NCBI GenBank assembly: GCA_032718475.1
Contig: JAUCBJ010002448.1
Coordinates: 1 to 64,000 of the forward strand
Source: Nemertoderma westbladi
Taxonomy: Eukaryota; Animalia; Xenacoelomorpha
Direction of reading: 5' to 3'
DNA length: 64,000 bases
Shown piece after piece: positions 52,930-64,000 of this stretch. How positions within the stretch are numbered: the first letter of the stretch is position 1; each line of letters starts with the position of its first letter. The position numbers and the translations under genes are program-made. The notes beneath the pieces were generated by a model, which saw only the letters and a list, made by a program, of their open reading frames with translations, was not told the DNA's origin and did not search any database.

Positions 52930-53982
52930 AGTAGGTTGGTACTTTACTGGCCCTTCACGTAGAACACTCAGAGAAAGACTACCGCAAGAGCGCGTCTGCC
53001 AGGTGAGTGAATGGGAAGATGATACTAGTGAGGGAGACGACTTAACTGAGGGAACCCCATACTCCTCAGATAACGACGACGTTCACCAGCTTTTTGATGA
53101 GGAGAATACCAGCGATCTCCTTAAGGAAAACGAGGCTTGGCAAAACCAAGTGAACTTATGTCAACTTCTTTATCCATCTGAACGAGAAGCTTATAACGAC
53201 GAGCTAAATGACGTCATTGAGCGTTGTAATGCCGTACGATTCTTTACGCAAGAGGCGGTAGAGCCCAATTCCTACGATAAAGCCTTATCGGTGGAAGAGG
53301 AAAGGGCCAAGCAGATCCAAGAGACAACTACACGTTTCCTCAAAGATCAAGGTAGGTATGAAGTCGGTCTACCTTTCCGCAAGAGAGAACCGAAGTTCAT
53401 CAATAACAGACCCTTGGCGGAAAAAAGAATCGCGCAACTCCATCGACGCCTTACGGCTAATTCTTCAGCTAAAGAAATGTATCAAACACAGCTGGAGAAA
53501 TTTATTAGTAAGGGATACGCGGAGAGAGTACCGGAAGAAACACCTGTGACTGAAAGAACGTATTACTTAACTCACCATTACGTTCCTAAACCCGGTAAAC
53601 CACATGAAGTGAGAGTAGTGTTTGATGGCTCCGCTCTTTACATGGGTCAATCCCTTAACTCTGAATTGTTACCCGGACCCAACTTACTTCAATCTTTGTT
53701 GGGAATTCTTTTAAGATTGAGACAATATTCGATTGCTTTCGCCTCCGATATAGAAGGCATGTTCTTACAAGTCAAAGTGTTAGATAGGGATCGAGATAGT
53801 CTACGATTTCTGTGGTGGCCCGAAGGAGACCTCAACCAGAAACCGGTGGAGTACTGGATGACCATCCAGGCCTTTGGGATAATCTCAAGCCCTTCCAATG
53901 CCTGTTCGGTAGTGCGTACCACTGCAGAGGACAACCGAGAGGCCTTCTCTAAGGAAGTGATCGACAACATCAAGCGGGACAT
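52925..53982 (+). CDS. pol: BEL/Pao Pol, N-terminal RT segment between two frameshifts
   Basis: TRVGWYFTGP, GRYEVGLPF, YYLTHH, RVVFDGSA, SLNSELLPGPNL, DIEGMFLQV and LRFLW. Confidence 0.9.
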
Positions 53983-56850
53983 ATGGACGACAACCTGAAG
54001 TCCCTTCCATCAGTTGAGGAAGCCATTGAGGTCGCTAAAGGAATGGTAGAGTGCTTAAAAAGAGGTGGGTTTCGATTAACGAAATTCACCAGCAACTCCC
54101 GTGAGTTTCTGGAGTCGATCCCTGCGGAAGATCTAGATTTGATCAAAGATGATCTGCCAGAAACCAAGACACTCGGCTTGAAATGGGACACAGAGCGAGA
54201 TATCCTGTTTTTCCAGCTAAAACAGCGAGATAATCCAGTTCGAACCAAACGGATTTGCTTAAGTATACTGAGCACTTATTTCGATCCATTGGGATTTATT
54301 AGCCCAGTTATATTGATTGCTCGTAGTTTGGTACAACAAATGTGGCTTGAAAACCACTCATGGGACGATCCACTTAAGGGAGAATTATTAAAGAAGTGGA
54401 TGAAATGGGAAGATTCTCTGCCGGCTATCGAGGATTTTATAATTTCCCGTTCATATTTTGGCCATGTTCTCCCTACGTATTCCTATCAACTCCATGTGTT
54501 TGGAGACGCCAGCGATATGGGAATAGGTATAGTAGCCTATCTAAGAGTGGAAACTCCGGATGGAATCAAAGTCGCCTTGGTTACTTCTAAGGCATTAATC
54601 AACAACAAGTTGAAAGTTCCTCGAGCGGAGTTAAAAGCGGCTCTATACGCTACAGCCATCGGCCGGAATGTAACAGAACAGATTGACTATCCATTAGAGA
54701 AAACTGTCTATTGGACCGACGCTTTACTCGTGTTAGAGTATATAACCAATGAAGTCTGTCAGTTCAGCGTCTTCATTACCAACAGAGTAGCCATCATACT
54801 TAGTCGCACGACGATGGACCAATGGAGACATTGCCCCGGAACGATTAATCCAGCAGACATCGCTTCCCGAGGAGCGACTCCAAAGGAATTGGTAAATACT
54901 CCCGAATGGTTAGGTGGACCCGACTTTCTCTACCGAGAAGAAGAAGAATGGCCTCCCCATCTCACAACAGCAGAGATCAGACAGGCCAAGGGAGCGGAGA
55001 AAGTTAAACCCAAAACTCGAGCGAGTAAATCGAAGTTGTTTAAACCTGCGGTTGATCTATCTGTATTATTTACTTCCGGAGAGGATGCTTTGGATCAGAA
55101 ACCCACCGCCACGACTAAAGAAGTCTTGGAAATCCGTGACAAGGATTGGAAATCTGGAATACCAGATATCGCGCAAGGACTCTCACCCCTCTTGCAGAGA
55201 GCGATACGTCACTACAGCTCCTGGAATCGGCTCTGTAAAGCCGTCACCTATTTAAAACGATGTTTTCATCATCGTTACTCCGGGACAAAGACCAATAGTG
55301 ATGATGCTCCATCAACGTCTGCACGAGTCCATGTTGTTAAAGATCTTCCCAAATACAAGATATCCGACAGGTTTCTAAAGGAGAAGATCAGTTACCAGGA
55401 GCATGATGAAACCAACAAACAGATGCTGAGACTCCTACAATGCTATGAAGATCCCGATAAGTATTTCCTGTTGTTAAGAAATCCGCAGATGTGCTTAAGG
55501 GATCGCTTCTCTAGTACCATGATAGATGGGTTAATACGTGTTGGAGGCAGGCTTACCAACGCCCCATTATCCTTTGACACTAAATTTCCCATACTCATTA
55601 GAAATCTTGACATACAAATCAAGATGATTGTAGATGTTCATAGCAAACTGTATCATGCTGGAACAGAACGAGTTCTGAGCGAAATTCGAACTCGCTTCTA
55701 TTTTTATAAACCCCGTAGGGCTCTGAACCAAGTCCTTAGGAACTGCATACCCTGTAGGAAAGCATTCAGTAGGCCTTTGACGCAGCGAGAGGCAGAATTA
55801 CCTAGGGAAAGAGTAAGCTTCTATGAACCACCCTTTACTAATACCGGTGTGGATTTATTTGGCCCTATTGAAGTATATCGTGCCCGGACTATAGTCAAGA
55901 GATGGTGTGTCATCTTCGTTTGTATGACTTGTAGAGCTATCCATCTCGATATGGTAAACGATCTATCCACCAACAGCTTCGTGTTGAGTTTACGACGACA
56001 GATCGCTCGCTTCGGAACCAGTAACACGATGAGATCGGATAAGGGAACGAACTTCATTGGCGCCAACAACGAAATTCAAGCTTACGTAAAGGACTGGAAT
56101 AAAAGACAGGTGGACGATCAGCTAAGGATAACAGCGTCTAGCTGGACCTTCAACGCCGCCGACGCCCCTTGGTGGGGAGGAAGTTGGGAGAGATTGATTA
56201 GGAGCGTGAAGACTGCGTTCCACTTCATTGTGCCTTGTCGCGCTTATCTCACCGACGAACTATTGCGGACGTTAATGGAGGAAATCGCCGCCTATCTCAA
56301 CGAAAGACCGCTTATGCCAGTCTCTTCAAGTCCTGATTCCCTAGAAGCTCTAACACCCGCGCACTTTCTACTGAAGAAACCCGTAGCCATGCTCCCACGA
56401 TCGGAGATCACAGACGGAGACGAGTACTGCCGTCGAACCTGGCAACTTATGCAGTTGCTATCCCGTCGTTTCGCTGACCATTTCGAGAAACATTACCTGC
56501 CCACTCTACAACTTCGAACTAAGTGGTTTGCGCAGCAAGAAAACGTCAGCGCTGGAGACATGGTGCTTATTGTGGACCCCGATCTCCCACGTAAGCGATG
56601 GCAAACAGGACGTATCATCGAGACTCATATCTCGAGCGATGGTTTGGTGCGATCAGTAGAACTCGTCGTCATGCGGCGTAACTTTAAGAAACCAGGGATA
56701 GTCTTTGAGACTCAACAGCTCAACCGCCCAGTGGGTCGTTTATGTTTACTGGAAAGAGACAGAGAGCTCTCCGGAAACTATGGAAGGCAAGAAACTCTTC
56801 CCACGACCACTTCCCTAATCCAACCCACATCTAGGGACTCCCCAACTTAA
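53983..56850 (+). CDS. pol: BEL/Pao Pol: RT C-terminus, RNase H, integrase
   Basis: (Y)MDD, LHVFGDAS, WTDA, NPADIASRG, H...H..C..C zinc motif, TGVDLFGP, RSDKGTNF and GGSWERLI. Confidence 0.95.
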   Translation: MDDNLKSLPSVEEAIEVAKGMVECLKRGGFRLTKFTSNSREFLESIPAEDLDLIKDDLPETKTLGLKWDTERDILFFQLKQRDNPVRTKRICLSILSTYFDPLGFISPVILIARSLVQQMWLENHSWDDPLKGELLKKWMKWEDSLPAIEDFIISRSYFGHVLPTYSYQLHVFGDASDMGIGIVAYLRVETPDGIKVALVTSKALINNKLKVPRAELKAALYATAIGRNVTEQIDYPLEKTVYWTDALLVLEYITNEVCQFSVFITNRVAIILSRTTMDQWRHCPGTINPADIASRGATPKELVNTPEWLGGPDFLYREEEEWPPHLTTAEIRQAKGAEKVKPKTRASKSKLFKPAVDLSVLFTSGEDALDQKPTATTKEVLEIRDKDWKSGIPDIAQGLSPLLQRAIRHYSSWNRLCKAVTYLKRCFHHRYSGTKTNSDDAPSTSARVHVVKDLPKYKISDRFLKEKISYQEHDETNKQMLRLLQCYEDPDKYFLLLRNPQMCLRDRFSSTMIDGLIRVGGRLTNAPLSFDTKFPILIRNLDIQIKMIVDVHSKLYHAGTERVLSEIRTRFYFYKPRRALNQVLRNCIPCRKAFSRPLTQREAELPRERVSFYEPPFTNTGVDLFGPIEVYRARTIVKRWCVIFVCMTCRAIHLDMVNDLSTNSFVLSLRRQIARFGTSNTMRSDKGTNFIGANNEIQAYVKDWNKRQVDDQLRITASSWTFNAADAPWWGGSWERLIRSVKTAFHFIVPCRAYLTDELLRTLMEEIAAYLNERPLMPVSSSPDSLEALTPAHFLLKKPVAMLPRSEITDGDEYCRRTWQLMQLLSRRFADHFEKHYLPTLQLRTKWFAQQENVSAGDMVLIVDPDLPRKRWQTGRIIETHISSDGLVRSVELVVMRRNFKKPGIVFETQQLNRPVGRLCLLERDRELSGNYGRQETLPTTTSLIQPTSRDSPT

Positions 56851-58503
56851 TATCGTTCGGAGTGGGCGTGTGACCATATTGCTTTATATTTGTATTTGTT
56901 TTATTTTTATATTTATGTATGTATTATTATGTAATTTTATTTTAATCGTTTTATTTAATTTTATTTAGTAGTATGGTATTTTAGAGATTATTTAGTAGAT
57001 TAGTGCAATATATATTCGCGTTTATTATTTAATTACGTATATTATATATTTAGTGCGACGGCGAGAAATAATTCTTTTTTCTCTTTCCTTACTGCCCGTA
57101 TTACATTATCAATACGTGACTACAGTAAGATGAAATATCCGTACTTATTAAAGTACAATAAAGCCACTACTATATTCAAGTATTATTGGTAGGCAGAGTA
57201 TTAGGAATGCAAAGTTCAGATCCTCGTGTCTCGGCTAAACCAAGCTCTGGGTAGACCTTGGAAACGACTTGCCTCTTCACACTGACATTGCTTCGTGCGA
57301 TATTGCTCTCATACCGTATATTAAATAATACATATAGTAGCGTGATGTCCCTTTAACAGTAGCGTATAACGCAAAATAAATCTGTTAAACCCTTTGACCA
57401 TCTGTAATTCTAGTCGATTAAGATATCGCGACACCCACCGATATACTTGAAAGACAAATTTCTAGAATCAATGGTTAACGTCCCCAGACAAGTTCTGGAA
57501 TAAACTGGTGCCCATCATAAATATTAATTATTAATATTTACAAAATTCTGTCAAATATCAGATCCTTTAAAATTCTAGTTGATTAAGATATCGTAGCACT
57601 TACCGATACTCTTAAAAGGACAAAATTCCTAGAATTAAGGATCCTATGTCCCCAGACCTGCTCTGGAATTAAATTGTGTCTATTTAACATTAAATAATAA
57701 AATTTCCGGGAATAAATTTAAATTCATATATTTCAATGAATTAATAAATTGTCATTTTATACAATTTATAACATTCCCAAAATTCCATTAATTAATAGAT
57801 CATGGGAGCGGAGATTCACTCTATTAAGTGTATTTGTGTGCGAGAATCTCCAATGTATAGTCAATAGCCGATAAAATTCATAAAATCATGTATAAAGGGG
57901 ATATTGACCATTAAAGAATTACTATTAAATAGCATCCCAGATCTGTATGCATGAGAATTACCCTAATTCTACCGCTAGCTTTCCATAATGTCACCATGGC
58001 AACAACCACGCTAGAATTAGAAGTGAGTTAAAAGAACAATAGAAAGCATGCGCATTGAATAGCATACGGAATAAATAGCACACCGCTAGTATCCAAGAAT
58101 ACATAATAACAACGTGACATTCTGGAAGGCACTTGACTAACGGACAAATGACCCGAATGTGTGATAGAATGTGTACCATTTGTGACTGTTACGTGGAATT
58201 TGTGCGTTTGTAGGAGAATGTTACTACTAAGGTGTGTTTACAGTAGCGAGTCGCAATTGTGAAAGTAACCCTAACTCTCCAGTAAGAACCTGAAGTATAT
58301 CTAAGCCTTTGGGACGGACAGTGGAGTGGCTCGTGCTGGTTGTTGTAGTCGTTGTGCAGCTACGACGTTGGCGATAGGCACATCGGCGAAAGTACACCAG
58401 CACTGAGGATCTCGCACTGTCCGGGGGCAGAGAGGGGTAGGCAGCGACGCCCGCTCGCCTAAATATAAACTCATTATAATATGGATAAATTTATATAGCA
58501 GAT

Positions 58504-59634
58504 ATGATTGAGTTGATAGAAGATGATCTTGGTATCAGGGAGCGATATACTCTACCTTTACAAGCGTTTGTTGATAGCTTGATACACGGCGACGCTGGTC
58601 CAACTGCTGCGGAGGACGATGATCGTTATATCGAACCGCCAATGTCCCAAGAGCAGCTCACGTGTGAGTTGGACTATAAGAAATTCACCGCTCGCTATAC
58701 GCATCGTAATGGTACGTATGTGGACTTCTTAACTACTGGTCATCCTATCGATTTACACGATACGGACAATGTCGACACCAAAAGGGAAATGGTACGATTG
58801 AAATATCCTACCCAGCGGAGGCGGAACGATAAACCGAGAATGGAACACGAGAATTCTATTCGAAACAGACTCGAAAGAGAAGACGTTGAGGAGCCGGATA
58901 AACGCAGCGACTTCAATGATTATCTGGAATTCCTGATAGAAACATATCTCAATATTGCCAGTCAACAAAATCTAGAAACTCGATATCCTCAAGGTATACA
59001 TCATGACCGCATGGTAGAACTCAAACGGCTCTATTCCCCTATGATGTATCTTACCGCCGATCGACCGCTACCTGTTGTACCGAATAGCTTCGAACGGATG
59101 GAGGAATATTGTAAGCTGGAGAAAGATCACTCGCGTTTCCCCTACAAGACGTACGTTTTTGGGTATTATTGCGATGAATGCTCAAGACCCAACCAACAAA
59201 CGGAAAGACATAAACATCCGCGGAGACGTTGCTTTAAACACGGTTTTACTCGCTATACTTACGGGAGTTTCGAGCGAAACTTGTTCAATGTATCACCTAC
59301 GCTCGTTCGACTCAGACGATTCTTAAATAAACCAATGATCAGAGTTTCGGAATACTCGATCAGAGCTCCTCCTTCCCTAGTGAGACCTCAGACTCTTGAT
59401 CCTATTAGTATGACGGATCCTCCCGAGCTGTACTCACTGCTCAAAGATCTAGTGTTACCTGAACGATTAGTCGGTGGCACCCCAGTTGTGGGCTTCTTAG
59501 ATATTAGCGCATCCTACCTAACCGGATTGGGACGCGGACATTTAATGTCGCCGTTTAACCCTTACCATCGTCCCGGCTTGACACGATATAACCTGTCACC
59601 AGAGTGGCGGAGAACGTTGTACCAAACGAGTTAA
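58504..59634 (+). CDS. Additional 376-aa ORF of unknown function between pol and the 3' LTR
   Basis: Uninterrupted sense ORF in AT-rich surroundings. Contains CDEC...H.H...C..H. No obvious signal peptide or transmembrane segment. Confidence 0.7.
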   Translation: MIELIEDDLGIRERYTLPLQAFVDSLIHGDAGPTAAEDDDRYIEPPMSQEQLTCELDYKKFTARYTHRNGTYVDFLTTGHPIDLHDTDNVDTKREMVRLKYPTQRRRNDKPRMEHENSIRNRLEREDVEEPDKRSDFNDYLEFLIETYLNIASQQNLETRYPQGIHHDRMVELKRLYSPMMYLTADRPLPVVPNSFERMEEYCKLEKDHSRFPYKTYVFGYYCDECSRPNQQTERHKHPRRRCFKHGFTRYTYGSFERNLFNVSPTLVRLRRFLNKPMIRVSEYSIRAPPSLVRPQTLDPISMTDPPELYSLLKDLVLPERLVGGTPVVGFLDISASYLTGLGRGHLMSPFNPYHRPGLTRYNLSPEWRRTLYQTS

Positions 59635-60097
59635 ACGCTATTCTACAAAGATCAGAAAGGAAACCTGCGTTTGTTCAGATAAACGTAAGTTGTAACAGCA
59701 AGTCTAAGCGATAAACGAATTGTCTTTATCTCAGTTCGATTGTGAAATCCAGAATCTCTAAGAAGATATCGAACTTAGACAACCCCATTCTCTGCGAGAG
59801 TTTTTGGATGAAAGTATCCAGCTACGAGCGGAGGAAAATCAGCTCGAGGAGAAGCATATCGAAACGGCGGATACCCCGACCATAATCCTACACCTTCTGA
59901 TGCAATCATATTGCACCCTTCACCCAGGATTTATAGCCCTCCTAGTAAAGTGGCTCCCCCCAAAGAGAAAAGGACTCTTGCTAGCCTCAAAAAACTGCGT
60001 AAACGCCGTCTGCGTAAGAAAGACTAACTGTTTAGAGTATTTTTATATTTTAGAAACTGTGATTTGTTATATTTTATAGACTTAAATCCCATTTTCT

Positions 60098-60105
60098 GGG
60101 AGCGG
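60098..60105 (+). promoter_or_regulatory. Polypurine-tract-like plus-strand primer site
   Basis: GGGAGCGG immediately precedes the TG of the 3' LTR. Confidence 0.6.
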
Positions 60106-61255
60106 TGTAAAAGCTTTTGCGTCATTAACCGGTTATTTTCCCTTAAAGTACTCTGTAGTTGGTTTGCCAGGCATAAAAAGGCCGTGTCCTTGCTGTACTG
60201 GTGTTTTAGAGGACATAAAAGTCATTTCTTATGTATTTGTACTGTATTTGTACTTTAGAGGACATAATCCGCAATCTCGTGACGCGATAAGCTAGATACT
60301 CTTGAAAACAGTGTCGATACCATGACGACGGCTAACAGCTGATATTGCCACGTCGACGTTTCTTTGTTTCTTTGTTCTCTCGTTGTTAGGTTGACCAATC
60401 AGAGCGTTTGTTGTCTCTGTGTTGGAGGTGTATACAGAAACTCAGTAGTTCAGTGTTATGTTTTTGCCCAGAGCCTAAGAACCGGCTTTTGGCACCTCCG
60501 TGTTTTCAGTTTTTAGTCTTACATTAGTAGGCTTAATTATAGAACGTATATCTGTTATCACGAGCTATTCACTCATTTACTATCCATAAATTATTAATAT
60601 TACTGCCTTTGCTGTTGGTTATTCGTTATATTTGTTGATGAATTATTATATCGGAATACTGATCAATAGTCAGACACCCCACCTTCTTGATATACTAAAG
60701 GTTAGAGAGACCGGTTACAGATAAACGATTGCGACCTATGTATGTTGAGTGGTTTGAAGTGAATCTAATGCTATTTCATATGCCCAACATAAATTGTCTG
60801 TTGCTCTCTTTATACGTGACCAAATTTAGTGAAGGTCGGCAGATTAGTGTGCAGTATTGTGCAGCATTGTGTATGAGTGTAACTGATAACAAAGCATCTC
60901 CTAAAGAATGTGCCATATACGTTAATCTATAGCCTTTTCGTTGTGACTATAACTCTGTTTACATATTTAGAGCGCCACGTCCTAAAGGAACTGTTAATAT
61001 TTCCCGAAAGTGAATAATATTTGTCAGAGATTATATATTACGATCAGTCGAATAATACAGTAGGCTTACACCATCAATCATTAAGCCCCGAACTCAGTCT
61101 CCCGGGTATATCCAACGGGTGAATGATTGCGCATAGACTGGCTTCGGCTAATGTAGTGTATCAAATACTCGTCATAGGCTAAAGACTATCTATCATCCAA
61201 AAGACATTCTAATTTTGGCAGGTTAAACTGTCAAAGGTCTTCAAAAGCGCAAACA
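60106..61255 (+). repeat. 3' LTR (1150 bp)
   Basis: Differs from the 5' LTR by a 10-bp indel (GTTAAAGTCA) and at least two substitutions seen by eye. Confidence 0.97.
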
Positions 61256-61752
61256 TAATGCAATTTTCTCCTTAGTTTTTGATCTAACAACATGGGGTAT
61301 TACAGTATAAGAGACATCGGAATGCGCTCCAGTATGTCATACAAGAGGACTGATATGCATACCTAGTATATCATGCAAGAGCACTAATATACATACTATG
61401 TATGTCATGCAAGGGCGCTGATATACATACTAAGTATGTCATGTAAGGGCGCTGCATGACATACCTAGTACGTCAAACATTTGATGTCAACCAAAGGGCA
61501 ATGGCCCAGAAAAATTTATCAAAATATGTTCCTTTTGGTCTACCATAGCTTCATGCTATTATATATATAGATATTATATATAGGTTTTACTTAGTTCGAA
61601 AATAACACCTGGTAAAATATAAGGATTCTCGCAGGACACTTTATTTTTGAATCAGTATGCAAAGGGTTAAATAAAGTAGGCAATAAAATAAAATAAATAA
61701 AATAAATTAAATATGGCAATTACTATAGTACTATTACTATAGTAGCAATACT

Positions 61753-61985
61753 TTGGGTTTTACTTTTGATTTTTCAAACTCGAATACAGTCTTCCTAGAC
61801 CTAAACCTTAAACACAACCCCAATAATGGACTCATTAATACCTGTGTATTTTTCAAACCATTATCCCACAAACTACCAATACCTTATAATAGTTTCCATA
61901 GTAACCACCTTTTACAATCAGTGGTGAAAGGTAAACTGACTAGGTTTTGGCGTTTAACCGGAGATACTATTGAATATAATAAGTA
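61753..61985 (+). mobile_element. Penelope-like element RT fragment
   Basis: FTFDFS...VFLDLNL...T.VFFKP......YNSFH......VVKGKLTR matches the PLE RT C-terminal pattern. Confidence 0.7.
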
Positions 61986-62004
61986 TAAATACGTATAAAT
62001 AAGT

Positions 62005-62450
62005 ATATAAACCTGGTACTGACAACCTCCTCGAATTTGTCTAACTGTTGGACGAAGTTTGGTGTGGTTCTCGACAGAAAATTCAACCTCGGCAGTATTC
62101 CACGGACCATGCAACAGTAGGATGGGTGTGGTGGGGATTGTGATATTTTTGCTAAATTGCCAACCAAGTCAGAGAGCTTAGTAACCCGCTGCTTAATATA
62201 ATCTAGACAAACTGGTTGGGCACCCAAAACGGAACCCAAGACCCTGTAGCCCTCTACAATTTGAACACCTGTGCCCTCAAATAATGATACGGCGGCATGT
62301 CTGGACTCAGCTTTGACAATCAGTTTTGATTTCGAGCTGTTTGGATAATAGCCGTATTTGGGGCCAATTTGACAAACCTTGCCCCAATAATCCCTTAACT
62401 TAGTCAGTTTCCGGATGGCCGTTCCATCATCAGCATACCATTTCTCTGTA
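62005..62450 (-). mobile_element. CRE-clade non-LTR retrotransposon RT fragment
   Basis: WYADDG...GPKYGYYPNSSKSKLIVK...GYRVLGSVLG...LAKISQSPPH...FLSRTTP. Confidence 0.75.
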
Positions 62451-62582
62451 ATCGCACTTATTATTTGTATTGCATTTATTATATGTATATATGTGAAAAT
62501 GACTTCACAATTATTTTAAGGTATGAATACGATTTTAATTTAATTATAATTGAATATTTGTACAGTAAATTTAAGTAATTAA

Positions 62583-63701
62583 GGGGGGGGTAGCGCATTT
62601 TCTGACCAAAAAGTCGAATTTTTGAAACATATCCTATCTGATGCAGAATTTCATGCTGAATCCTAATATGGAAACCGTTTTCCTATATCTTGCTTACTTT
62701 TCGAGATATCTGGGATAGAAGAGACTGGCTCCAATATATCGCGATATCGGTAAGGCGATAAAGTTTGGGGTTTGCATTCAATTTCTGCAAATTTCTGTGC
62801 TCAGTGGTGCTGATTGGATGTCTCCACGAGAAAGAGCACAAAATTTTAATTGAGAAGGTATTTTTTTATGATTATTGGACCTACTGATCAGTTTATAAGA
62901 CAACTTCATGTCTACGGAATGAAGACGGGACTCGAATAAGCGACTCTGCGGTCTTTGCGGGATTACACGGAATAGACTTATCGGTCATCGGAGATCTTCA
63001 AAATGTATAATCTCCAGTTCTAGTGGTCGTACGGAGTTCGTTTAGGGCTCATTCGAAAGCTCTTTTCTTAGAGACCAAAGTTACCATTTGGTTTGGCAAA
63101 CTCTTGAAAGCTGCCTGAGCAATCATAACTTGAACAAAATTTGCAAGGCATATTTTACCAAAATTCATGTTATGTTGCTTTAGAACCATTTTGTCTTAAA
63201 TCAAATGGTAACTTTGTTCTCTAAGAAAAGAGCTTTCGAATGAGCCTAAAACGAACTTCGTACGACCACTAGAACTGGAGATTATACATTTTGAAGATCT
63301 CCGATGACCGATAAGTCTATTCCGTGTAATCCCGCAAAGACCGCAGAGTCGCTTATTCGAGTCCCGTCTTCATTCCGGAGACTTGAAGTTGTCTTATAAA
63401 CTGATCAGTAGGTCCAATAATCATAAAAAAATACTTTCTCAATTAAAATTTTGTGCTCTTTCTCGTGGAGATATCCAATTGGCACCAATGGGCACAGAAA
63501 TTTGCAGAAATTGAATGCAAACCCCAAACTTCATCGCCTTACCGATATCGCGATATATCGGAGCCAGTATCTTCTATGCCAGATATCTCGAAAAGATATG
63601 GGAAAACGGTTTCCATATTTGGATTCAGTATGAAATTCTGCATCAGATAGGATATGTTTCAAAAATTCGTCTTTTTGGTCAGAAAATGCGCTACCCCCCC
63701 C
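62583..63701. mobile_element. Foldback (palindromic) MITE with TTAA target duplication, Kolobok-like
   Basis: TTAA|GGGGGGGGTAGCGCATTTTCTGACC ... GGTCAGAAAATGCGCTACCCCCCCC|TTAA. Inverted arms of ~510 bp around a ~100-bp spacer. Confidence 0.9.
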
Positions 63702-64000
63702 TTAAGTGAATTAAGGCCTACGAGTAAGAATGCATTTCTTTATTATTAGTTTTTACATTCTTATTTTATCACCAGTTTTTAAATGCCTTTTTTTACCTGG
63801 TTTTTACTATTAATTTTTTCTTTATTACCTATAAAAGTTTTGACTTTTCTTTTTAATCACCATGATTTACTTGCCTTTTTCTTACTGGTTTTTATTATCT
63901 TTTTCTTCAATACCAGTTTTTAATTGCCTTTATATTCGTATTGGTTTTTCAACCCTTTTTTTTTTAATAATGCCTGGACTATCGCTAAGCAGCCTAAGTG

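Larger units (their letters stand above)
45441..61255 (+). mobile_element. Full-length BEL/Pao LTR retrotransposon (15.8 kb)
   Basis: Two TG...CA LTRs, 5-bp TSD TAATG (45436-45440 and 61256-61260), and gag-PR-RT-RH-IN domain order. Confidence 0.97.

Noticed and set aside
52921-52935. Programmed frameshift or readthrough between gag-PR and RT
   Set aside because: No slippery heptamer. A simple ACTA duplication explains the break, and BEL elements normally have a single gag-pol ORF.
58386-58410. Hammerhead ribozyme (GAAA ... CTGAGGA)
   Set aside because: Only 11 nt separate the two core motifs, too few for stems III and I plus the cleavage triplet.
58504-59634. Envelope glycoprotein
   Set aside because: No signal peptide, TM anchor or Cys-rich ectodomain pattern is visible.

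Overview
AT-rich eukaryotic (probably invertebrate animal) DNA that is almost entirely transposable elements and tandem repeats. Main components: (1) a decayed CMC/EnSpm-like DDE transposase split by an ~11.8 kb nest of Helentron-associated non-autonomous elements (6837-18597); (2) two 5'-truncated RTE-type LINE copies; (3) a spliced Crypton(V)-type tyrosine-recombinase gene whose N-terminal half is ~66 copies of a 14-aa repeat, with one nonsense codon; (4) a two-exon secreted Ly6/uPAR (three-finger)-like gene that is not in the ORF track; (5) a stand-alone PWWP ORF; (6) a young, full-length 15.8 kb BEL/Pao LTR retrotransposon (45441-61255, TSD TAATG) with an extra 376-aa ORF; (7) MITEs, satellites, and CR1, Penelope and CRE fragments. 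The most striking observation is in the BEL element. It has no tRNA primer-binding site. The 11 nt directly after its 5' LTR are instead the perfect reverse complement of an 11-mer inside its own LTR, the layout of Tf1-type self-primed reverse transcription. Family assignments come from motif recognition, not database searches.
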